The notes under the pieces: generated by a model | Database searches by the model: none | What the model was told of the DNA's origin: nothing | Seen by the model: the letters and a program-made list of their open reading frames with translations, nothing else | Assembly (NCBI GenBank): GCA_017404385.1 | Contig: JAFRCK010000022.1 | Coordinates: 10,674 to 74,673, forward strand | DNA from: Bacilli bacterium | GTDB taxonomy: Bacteria; Bacillota_I; Bacilli_A; RF39; UBA660 | Direction: 5' to 3' | DNA length: 64,000 bases | Translations under genes and position numbers: made by a program | Shown: one piece after another, positions 38,619 through 45,870 of the stretch | Layout: each line of letters starts with the position of its first letter | Numbering within the stretch: the first letter of the stretch is position 1

Positions 38619-39197
38619 ATGATATTGTATGTAACTAAGAAAACTAAAGAGAGATTAAATATTCCTATGATAGATGAATTAAGTGATATATCTAAAAATA
38701 ACGCATCAATAGTTTTAAATAATGAGGAAGACACGGAATTACTTAAATGGGGAATTAAAATCTTTTATATGGATAGAAGAAAATGTTTGCAAGCCGTCAA
38801 TTTTGCTTCAAAACTAACTATATATTTATTTGACATTCATAATGATAGTATTGAATATATTGGTGATGCAATGGCAAATTATATGTATCATATATATGAT
38901 AATGATGAAAAAATGACAAATTTATTAAACAGATTATTTAATGAACATTCACTTTGTGTTTTTTCTAATTTAACAGATAAAACAGCAATTTCAACTTTAA
39001 ATTATAATGAACGTTGCTATGTCAATACATATAGATTTTATGATTACATTGAAAATAATACATTAAAAACAATAGAAATAAATAAAGATGTTAATTTTGA
39101 CAATTTATTAACTGTAAAAATTAATGGTAAAAGAGAATATATAGTTCCAGGTGAATATTTTAAAGAACTATTAACAAATTATTATAAAAGGAGTTGA
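38619..39197 (+). CDS. hypothetical protein sharing a cassette with RhuM
   Basis: No array repeat separates it from the RhuM gene; only 51-78 nt containing the hairpin TTATAAG-AATTA-CTTATAA. Start is ATG at 38619 or TTG at 38592. The stop lies inside the R2 left module. Confidence 0.5.
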   Translation: MILYVTKKTKERLNIPMIDELSDISKNNASIVLNNEEDTELLKWGIKIFYMDRRKCLQAVNFASKLTIYLFDIHNDSIEYIGDAMANYMYHIYDNDEKMTNLLNRLFNEHSLCVFSNLTDKTAISTLNYNERCYVNTYRFYDYIENNTLKTIEINKDVNFDNLLTVKINGKREYIVPGEYFKELLTNYYKRS

Positions 39198-39428
39198 TCC
39201 AAATGAATGAAAGTAAAACTAATATAAATTGGTTGATTACGATTTATTTAACCCCTTTAAGAAATCCTTTATTTACAAGGCTTTTCGAGAATTAACATCT
39301 TACATGTTTTATATAAAAATACTTAAAAATTGATGAAAATTAGTAAAAAAGGCTATTTTTAATTAAAAATAAGGTGGAAATTACTAAGGTGATTACACCT
39401 TTTAACTAGATAAAATGAGGTGATTAGA
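39187..39428 (+). repeat. array repeat R2 (long form)
   Basis: AAAGGAG-N9-ATGAATGAAAGTAAAACTAATATAAATTGGTTGATTAC. Cores at 39233 and 39389 (156 bp apart). TTAACA-N16-TAAAAA at 39292-39319. Palindrome TTTTTAATTAAAAA at 39356-39369. Confidence 0.8.
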
Positions 39429-40121
39429 ATGTATTTATATAAGAAAAATGATAAGTCAATTACTATTTATTCTTTTGTTCCTAATAAAGAAGAATTGATT
39501 AAATTAAAAAAAAGGTATCTAGAAGATATAAAAAGTGTAATTCTTCATATTAATGATAATGACACAGAGGAATTATTGTTTAGTAGTCCAACTATTATGT
39601 TTTATGCTTTAGATAGAAAAGAAACTAATGGTAAGATAACATACATAGAGGAAGAAAAAAATGATAAAAATATTTCTAGGTATATTAATGGAGAATTTGA
39701 TTCTTTAGATCCTTTATGTATTATTGGTGATACGGTTAATAAAAAATCTTCTTATAGTGGCGAATTGTATAATTGTGATAGCGCTTTACTATTTACTGGT
39801 GGTTATTATTACAATAATGAATTTATAACTAATGATGGAATATTATTAACCGGATATTTAGCAGATTTTCAACCATTATTAAGTAGTGATATAAGTAATG
39901 TTCTTTTTCCAGATACTTTTAGATATTTAAGTGATGAAATAATAGATTCCTTAAAAATATTTAGTTGTAAAAAAGAACGCATAATAAAATTGGATGATTT
40001 AAAATTTATGCAAGAACATGGACTAATTCAAATTAATGATAGTCTTCAAGATACTTTTGAAAAAAGTGAAGAAGTTTTAAATAGTTATAATAAAGTTAAA
40101 AAGTTAACTCAAAAAATGTAG
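39429..40121 (+). CDS. cassette ORF, hypothetical protein
   Basis: The ATG at 39429 is 6 nt after GAGGTG. No motif recognised. Confidence 0.5.
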   Translation: MYLYKKNDKSITIYSFVPNKEELIKLKKRYLEDIKSVILHINDNDTEELLFSSPTIMFYALDRKETNGKITYIEEEKNDKNISRYINGEFDSLDPLCIIGDTVNKKSSYSGELYNCDSALLFTGGYYYNNEFITNDGILLTGYLADFQPLLSSDISNVLFPDTFRYLSDEIIDSLKIFSCKKERIIKLDDLKFMQEHGLIQINDSLQDTFEKSEEVLNSYNKVKKLTQKM

Positions 40122-40141
40122 ATATAAAGCAGATGACTATT

Positions 40142-40216
40142 ATGAATGAAAATAAAACTAATATAAATCGGTTGAGAACAATTTAGTCAAGACTAGTTAA
40201 AAAAGAGGTGAATAAC
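40142..40216 (+). repeat. array repeat R3 (short form, one core)
   Basis: ATGAATGAAAATAAAACTAATATAAATCGGTTGAGAACAATTTAGTCAAGAC runs directly into the RBS AGAGGTG. Confidence 0.8.
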
Positions 40217-40840
40217 ATGAGTTTTAAAGAAGAAATAAATGAATTAGAATTATTAAGATTTGAAAGTGATTATATTATAAAAAAAGGGAATCTTCCTATT
40301 CTTTTTACTGCACCTCATACTATGAAACAAATAAGAGAAGATGGTTGTGAAAAATTAAGCGAACCATATACAAAAGCTATAGCTTTATATTTAAATAAGC
40401 ATTTTAATGTTAACTGTATGATTAAAATAAATGATACTGGGTTAGATGCTAATAGAAATCCAAGAGATGAATTTAAAACAGAATTGCTTAGATTTATAAA
40501 AGATAATAATATTAAATTAGTAATAGATCTACATGGTTCAAAAAAATCACGAGACTTTGATATCGAGTTTGGAACACTTAATAATTTATCCGCAGATTTT
40601 TCTACTATAAAAGAATTAGAAGAAGCATTTAATGAAAATGGCATTTCTAATATAATATATAATGACCCTTTTAAAGGAGGCGCTATTACTGAATATGTTT
40701 ATGGTTTAAAAGATGTAGATGTTATTCAAGTAGAAATAAATGGTAGATATAGAGATTATAATAATTTAGAAGAATTAGAAAAACTAATAAAAAGTCTTGA
40801 AAATTTTATAAAACAATATAAAGAATATATAAATAGATAG
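40217..40840 (+). CDS. cassette ORF, possible N-formylglutamate-amidohydrolase-fold protein
   Basis: FTAPHT near the N-terminus and VIDLHGS in the middle loosely resemble FGase-family motifs. Weak call. Confidence 0.3.
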   Translation: MSFKEEINELELLRFESDYIIKKGNLPILFTAPHTMKQIREDGCEKLSEPYTKAIALYLNKHFNVNCMIKINDTGLDANRNPRDEFKTELLRFIKDNNIKLVIDLHGSKKSRDFDIEFGTLNNLSADFSTIKELEEAFNENGISNIIYNDPFKGGAITEYVYGLKDVDVIQVEINGRYRDYNNLEELEKLIKSLENFIKQYKEYINR

Positions 40841-40852
40841 TAAGTGACTTTC

Positions 40853-40926
40853 ATGAACGAAAATAAAACTAATATAAATTGGTTGATAACAATTTAGTCA
40901 AGACCAAGAAAAAATGAGGTGATGTT
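40853..40926 (+). repeat. array repeat R4 (short form, one core)
   Basis: ATGAACGAAAATAAAACTAATATAAATTGGTTGATAACAATTTAGTCAAGACC, then the RBS TGAGGTGA. Confidence 0.8.
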
Positions 40927-41418
40927 ATGATTAAATTATTTGATAGTAATATGAATGAAGTGACTATCAAAAGAGAAATGTATCAATGGGATATTTTTCC
41001 ACTTGACAGCTTTTCCGCTTTCGGGTTTGTTATGAATAGTGAATATTTTCAAACAAGTGAACATGCGTTTCAATATTTAAAGTTTGTTGATACCAATAAA
41101 GAGATAGCTAATAAAATTAAAGAATCATTTTCACCTAATGATGCAAGAAATATTGCTCATGAAAATAAAGAATATAGATTATCTAATTGGTCAGATGTTA
41201 AGTATCAAAATATGGAAAAAATTTTAAGATTAAAAGTAGAACAGAATCCTATTGTAAAAGATGTACTTCTAAATACAAAAGATTATATAATTGTTGAAAA
41301 TTGTATTGATGAAGATACTGATTGGGGATTAGATAGTAATAATCAAGGAGATAATAATTTAGGTAAAATTTGGATGAAAATCCGTGATGATATAAAAGGA
41401 GTTGATCCAAATGAATGA
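40927..41418 (+). CDS. cassette ORF, NADAR (YbiA/DUF1768)-family protein
   Basis: FSAFGFVMNSEYFQTSEHAFQYLKF and the C-terminal NNLGKIWMKIRD match the NADAR domain signature. The stop lies inside the R5 left module. Confidence 0.6.
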   Translation: MIKLFDSNMNEVTIKREMYQWDIFPLDSFSAFGFVMNSEYFQTSEHAFQYLKFVDTNKEIANKIKESFSPNDARNIAHENKEYRLSNWSDVKYQNMEKILRLKVEQNPIVKDVLLNTKDYIIVENCIDEDTDWGLDSNNQGDNNLGKIWMKIRDDIKGVDPNE

Positions 41419-41640
41419 AAATAAAACTAATATAAACTGGTTGATTACAATTAATTTAAACCCCTTTGAAAAGTATTGTAAAATAAGGTAAAACTCAAAA
41501 TAGCATCTTACATGTTTTATATAAAATATGTTAAAATTGATAAAAATTAGTAAAAAATCACTATTTTTAAGTGAAAATAGTATAGGAATTAATAAGGCGA
41601 TTACAGAAGTTAAACCCCCTAGAAATTTGAGGTGAGATTC
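41395..41640 (+). repeat. array repeat R5 (long form)
   Basis: AAAGGAGTTGATCCAAATGAATGAAAATAAAACTAATATAAACTGGTTGATTAC. Cores TTGATTACAATTAATTTAAACCCC at 41441 and GCGATTACAGAAGTTAAACCCC at 41597 (156 bp apart). Hairpin TCACT-N7-AGTGA at 41558-41574. Confidence 0.8.
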
Positions 41641-42207
41641 ATGATATTACAGTATATTGATAATGAAGAATACAAGAATAAGATAGAAAAGTTATATTTA
41701 GAATCTTTTCCAGAAGAAGAAAGATTTCCATTTTGGATATTAGATGAATGTTCTAAAGAAGATAAGTCTGATTTATTAGCTGTATTAGATAATGATAAAT
41801 TTATTGGAATGTGTTATTTAGTTAATTGCAACGAGGTGTATTATCTTATGTATTTAGCAGTTGAACCAGAACTTAGAAGTCAAAATTATGGTTCTCAAAT
41901 ACTAATGGATTTAAAAGACAAATATAAAACATTATTTTTATCCATTGATGAACCTATAGATGATTTAAGTATAAGACGTAAAAACTTTTATTTAAGAAAT
42001 GGATTTTATGATACTAACAAGTATTACGAAGATACAGGTGTTAATTATGAAGTATTATGCACAAATCCTGAATATGAAATAACAAATGATAATATGAAAA
42101 TGAGATATATTAATATGACAAATAATCCTGAATTATCTAATGTAATAGCAAATACATTTAATGCAGATTTTGTTAATTTAAGAGATAAGAATAAACACTT
42201 AAAATAA
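41641..42207 (+). CDS. cassette ORF, GNAT-family N-acetyltransferase
   Basis: LAVEPELRSQNYGSQILMDL (acetyl-CoA binding Q/R-x-x-G-x-G/A) and the later YLRNGF. Confidence 0.65.
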   Translation: MILQYIDNEEYKNKIEKLYLESFPEEERFPFWILDECSKEDKSDLLAVLDNDKFIGMCYLVNCNEVYYLMYLAVEPELRSQNYGSQILMDLKDKYKTLFLSIDEPIDDLSIRRKNFYLRNGFYDTNKYYEDTGVNYEVLCTNPEYEITNDNMKMRYINMTNNPELSNVIANTFNADFVNLRDKNKHLK

Positions 42208-42441
42208 AGGAGTTGAGTGGGATGAATGAAAATAAAACGAATATCAATTGGTTGATTACGGTTTTTCGTAACTTTTGGAGAAAGCCTTTATTTATAAGAC
42301 TTTGTGAGAATTAACATCTTGCATGTTTATGATAAAATATAATAAAAATTGATAAAAGATAGTATAAAAAGACTAAAATAAGTTAAAAAAAGTATAGGAA
42401 TTACGATATTGATTACGCTAGTAAAAGAGGAGTGAAATAAT
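42206..42441 (+). repeat. array repeat R6 (long form)
   Basis: AAAGGAG-N9-ATGAATGAAAATAAAACGAATATCAATTGGTTGATTAC. Cores at 42252 and 42409 (157 bp apart). Confidence 0.8.
42311..42338 (+). promoter_or_regulatory. promoter-like element inside R6
   Basis: TTAACA-N16-TAAAAT with an extended -10 TG (TGATAAAAT). The 30-codon mini-ORF starting at 42222 stops at the TAA inside this -35 hexamer. Confidence 0.45.
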
Positions 42442-43032
42442 ATGAATTATGAAAGGGAAATAACTGTAGAAGTTTGTGTTGATTTAAGCAGTTTAATTAA
42501 AATACTTGAAGAAAATGGCTTTGAATTAAAAGAAGTTTATGATTTAAATGATATATATTTAATTAATAAGAATGATAAGGAAGATGATTACTTATCAATG
42601 TTAAACAAATGTGTTTTAATTAGAGATATTATTGAAGAAGATAAAGAAACTAAATTGTTAACTTATAAATATAAAGAGTATAATGAAAATAAAGAAATTA
42701 CAAAACAAGGAAAAGTAAAAGTAAAAATTGACGATATCAACAATTCTAAATTATTATTTGAAAAATTAGGCTTTGAGGAGTTAATTAGAATAAATGACCA
42801 TATGCTTGTATACGCAACAGATAAAGATGAATTGGTTATTCAAAATGTAAATGGTAAGCATATTTATATTGAATTAGAAGATAAATGTAATTATGCAAAT
42901 AGATTTTATAATTCTATAGATGAGATGAAAAAAGTAATTACTGATAATAATATTCCAATTAAGAATAATGATTTTTTCGTTAAAAAGGCTGAAATTGAAT
43001 TACAAGAAACTTATAATAAAGTAGGTGAATAG
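42442..43032 (+). CDS. cassette ORF, CYTH-like (class IV adenylate cyclase / triphosphate tunnel) protein
   Basis: N-terminal EREITVEV (ExExK-like strand), KHIYIELED near the C-terminus, and a length of about 195 aa fit CYTH/CyaB-like proteins. Moderate-to-weak call. Confidence 0.4.
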   Translation: MNYEREITVEVCVDLSSLIKILEENGFELKEVYDLNDIYLINKNDKEDDYLSMLNKCVLIRDIIEEDKETKLLTYKYKEYNENKEITKQGKVKVKIDDINNSKLLFEKLGFEELIRINDHMLVYATDKDELVIQNVNGKHIYIELEDKCNYANRFYNSIDEMKKVITDNNIPIKNNDFFVKKAEIELQETYNKVGE

Positions 43033-43034
43033 AT

Positions 43035-43300
43035 ATGAATAATGAAGAAAAAAACTTACAAAAAACTAATATAAATTGCTTGAGCATGATTTATCTAACC
43101 CCTTTAACAAATCCTTATAAAACAAGGAAAAACAAGAATTGAATCTTACATTTTTTTATAAAAAATGAGTAAAAATTAACAAAAAACACCAAAAATTATT
43201 AAAAATGGTGCTTTTTTTATATATTTTTAATAAGGTGATGTTTCCAGCTAACCCCATTGAAAAATAAGGGCTTTTTAACTTTTACTGAGTGTTCGGAAAA
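43035..43300 (+). repeat. array repeat R7 (long form, divergent subfamily)
   Basis: AAAACTAATATAAATTGCTTGAGCATGATTTATCTAACCCC. Second core GTGATGTTTCCAGCTAACCCC at 43235 (155 bp on). Hairpin CACCA-N14-TGGTG followed by a T-run at 43187-43218. The sequence after the second core resembles the start of another unit. Confidence 0.65.
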
Positions 43301-43397
43301 TAGTAATATTGCGATGTAATATGATTAATATTAGATTTTCATGATTATATGGTATAATATTATTGATTTATTGCAAATTTTTGATAAGAGGTTTATT

Positions 43398-43832
43398 ATG
43401 GAATATTTGGTTGAAAGTCATTTAGGTGGTTATTATGTTAGTAATTTAGATCCAGAAGTAATAACTGCGTATTGCGAATCTTGTGGTGATTCTGATTGGA
43501 TACTACTGTCTTGGGAAAAAGGACATATGATGGAAACTCTAATTCAATATTTTTCAGAATTAAAACATTCAACGGAGAATATAGAAAAAAACCGACAAGC
43601 AGGAATTACTAAGCAAGAGGCAATTGAAAGTGCTTTGTATGAATATTCTTTTAAAGATAAAAATATAATTGAAGCTCTTTATGAAGAAAAAATTATTTTG
43701 GAAGATGAATATAAACAATTATTAAAAGAAAATCTTCAAGCACAAAAAAATCAAATAACTTTAGTGTGTGAAGTTTATCCAAGAGAAGTCAAAAAAGTAT
43801 TAAAAAAGCAAAAAAAGAAAAATAAGAGATGA
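43398..43832 (+). CDS. cassette ORF, hypothetical protein
   Basis: The ATG at 43398 follows AAGAGG, with its own extended -10 TGGTATAAT at 43350-43358. The upstream ATG in the track (43341) precedes the promoter-like element. Confidence 0.45.
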   Translation: MEYLVESHLGGYYVSNLDPEVITAYCESCGDSDWILLSWEKGHMMETLIQYFSELKHSTENIEKNRQAGITKQEAIESALYEYSFKDKNIIEALYEEKIILEDEYKQLLKENLQAQKNQITLVCEVYPREVKKVLKKQKKKNKR

Positions 43833-43861
43833 TCGTAAGATTAAGATATTACGAACTGATG

Positions 43862-43884
43862 AGTAGGAGAAATCCTACTTTTTG
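43862..43884 (+). terminator. rho-independent terminator
   Basis: AGTAGGA-GAAA-TCCTACT followed by TTTTT. Core matches 32677-32695 at 18 of 19 positions. Confidence 0.7.
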
Positions 43885-43971
43885 TTATATAGTAGAGGCC
43901 ATATGTCCTAACAACTATATCAATATTTTTGATGTTGCAATATCTAATCCAATAAAAATGACTTAAAAATG

Positions 43972-44001
43972 GACGAAGCTATACTAAATTTCGTCTTTTT
44001 T
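43972..44001 (+). terminator. rho-independent terminator
   Basis: GACGAA-N12-TTCGTC followed by TTTTTT. Confidence 0.5.
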
Positions 44002-44021
44002 ATGCTATAATTGATTAGAAA

Positions 44022-44230
44022 TGGAGTGATTCCTATGGATAATAATACTAATATTAATTGTTCGATAGGAAATTAGGCAACATTTTTCGAAAACTCCCAT
44101 AAAATAAGGGTAAAACAGCTATCAAGTAATTACATTTTTTTAATAAAATTTGTAAAAAATAGCAAAAAATACCCAAAAATACCTTAAAAATGGCACAGCA
44201 TTTAAGGGGTGGTGTTCGGACGCAACACTT
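44022..44230 (+). repeat. array repeat R8 (terminal, divergent)
   Basis: GGAGTGATTCCTATGGATAATAATACTAATATTAATTG, then CATAAAATAAGGGTAAAAC and ATTACATTTTTTTAATAAAATTTGTAAAAAATAGCAAAAAATACCC, colinear with R5 and R7. Confidence 0.6.
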
Positions 44231-44246
44231 TAAAAAAGTAATTAAT

Positions 44247-44274
44247 ATCAGATAGTTTTATCTGATTTTTTTTA
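44247..44274 (+). terminator. rho-independent terminator separating the array from the ParB-like gene
   Basis: ATCAGATA-GTTT-TATCTGAT followed by eight T. Confidence 0.7.
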
Positions 44275-44296
44275 TGCAAAAATTTAGGAGGGTTTT

Positions 44297-45175
44297 ATGA
44301 AAGAGGAAGTCGTAGAATTAAATGTTAAAGACATATCAGATTTTCCAAAGCATCCATTTAAAATAAACAATGATTTAAATTATGAAGAACTTAAAAACAG
44401 TATTATTGAAAGTGGAGTTCTTGTTCCTACTATTGTAAGAAAGAAAGAAGACGGAAAATACGAAATGTTATCTGGACATAGAAGAAAGAAAATTTGTGAA
44501 GAACAAGGTATTAAAAAAATACCATGTATTGTCAAAGATATTTCAGATGAGGAAGCTATCATATTAATGGTTGATTCTAATCTTCAAAGAGATAAGATAC
44601 TACCAAGTGAAAAAGCAATAGCTTATAAAATGAAATATGAAGCGATTAAACATCAAGGTAAAACTTCCGACCCAATGGGTTCGAAGTTATCAATCGAAGA
44701 TATTGTAAAAGACACAAATGATAGTGCTACTCAAATAAGAAGATATATAAGATTAAATTATTTAATTCCAGAATTATTACAGTTAGTAGATGATACAGTA
44801 TTAAAAGATAAACGAGCTACTTTAACAATGGGATTAAGACCAGCTGTAGAATTATCTTATTTATCTAAAGATGATCAAGAACTTGTTTATGAAGAAATAA
44901 CTTATGAAGATTTAACTCCAAGTCATGTACAAGCTAAAAAAATAAGAGAACTTGGAGAAAAAGGTGAATTAGACTCAGATGTACTTGAGTCTATTTTTTT
45001 GGAACCAAAACCCAATCAAAAAAATAGAATATCTTTAAATGAAGAAAGAATACGAAAAGTATTACCCAAAGATATTAAGGATTATAAAATTGAAGATTTT
45101 ATAATAAAAGCAATTGAGAGTTATTCTAAAACACTCTCTAATGAAAGGGGTGATTCATATGATTTAGATATTTAG
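44297..45175 (+). CDS. ParB/Srx-like nuclease-domain protein
   Basis: ParB N-terminal domain motifs HPFKI, VLVPTIV and MLSGHRRKKICEEQG. Confidence 0.7.
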   Translation: MKEEVVELNVKDISDFPKHPFKINNDLNYEELKNSIIESGVLVPTIVRKKEDGKYEMLSGHRRKKICEEQGIKKIPCIVKDISDEEAIILMVDSNLQRDKILPSEKAIAYKMKYEAIKHQGKTSDPMGSKLSIEDIVKDTNDSATQIRRYIRLNYLIPELLQLVDDTVLKDKRATLTMGLRPAVELSYLSKDDQELVYEEITYEDLTPSHVQAKKIRELGEKGELDSDVLESIFLEPKPNQKNRISLNEERIRKVLPKDIKDYKIEDFIIKAIESYSKTLSNERGDSYDLDI

Positions 45176-45230
45176 CACCCTACAATAATTATTTTGTTTC
45201 TGATAGGATTTATGTAAGAGGTGAAGAAGA

Positions 45231-45854
45231 ATGAAAAAAGTTATTATTAGCTTAATCATTTTATTTCTTATTGCTTCAGGATTCTTAACTTATAAATTTA
45301 TATTTATGAGAAATAAAGATGAAAAAGAGCCAGTAGTTGAATCTACAGTTATTGAATCTAAAGTTGATTCAAAAGAAATGGAGGAAGAAGAAAATGAACC
45401 TATTACAGAAATTATTGAAAACGATAATAATATTGTTAAAGACAACAGCATTAATGACAATAATGCTAATTCGAACAATATGGAGAGCAATACTGTTCGT
45501 AACTCTAATGTCGTAAAAGAAAATACAACAACTAATAATGTTAAAAAGGAAGAACCTAAACAAGAATCTGCTCAAGTACAACAACCAGTAGTACAACCTG
45601 AACCAGAACCACCAAAACATGAACCAACAGCATGGGAAAGTTTAGGAATAAGTGAATATGATTATTATCATTCACCAATGTGGAGTTGGGCTAGAGTTGA
45701 TTATAAAATAGAAGATTATGGATCATTTGAAGCAACACATCAAGCTTGTATTGATGCTGGATATCAATTAGAAGACATAATTAGTTTTTCATGTACAAAC
45801 ATTAATAGTTATTCGGGTGCTTATTTAGGAGATATGCTCAGAGTAAAAAAATAA
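45231..45854 (+). CDS. membrane-anchored protein with low-complexity linker
   Basis: N-terminal helix, N/E/V-rich and PVVQPEPEPP linker, Cys-containing C-terminal domain. Confidence 0.45.
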   Translation: MKKVIISLIILFLIASGFLTYKFIFMRNKDEKEPVVESTVIESKVDSKEMEEEENEPITEIIENDNNIVKDNSINDNNANSNNMESNTVRNSNVVKENTTTNNVKKEEPKQESAQVQQPVVQPEPEPPKHEPTAWESLGISEYDYYHSPMWSWARVDYKIEDYGSFEATHQACIDAGYQLEDIISFSCTNINSYSGAYLGDMLRVKK

Positions 45855-45870
45855 TGAAAGGAAAAACAAT

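Noticed and set aside
36519-44274. Reading the repeat array as a CRISPR locus
   Set aside because: The repeats are 70-240 bp and heterogeneous in length. The intervening segments are complete ORFs of 0.4-1.7 kb with ribosome-binding sites. No cas genes are present.
36519-44274. Reading the repeats as ordinary MITE or IS remnants
   Set aside because: No terminal inverted repeats and no transposase fragments were seen. All copies are in the same orientation, and their edges coincide precisely with the stop and start codons of neighbouring ORFs. Random MITE insertion would not produce that pattern. This is still listed as the refutation test for the main finding.
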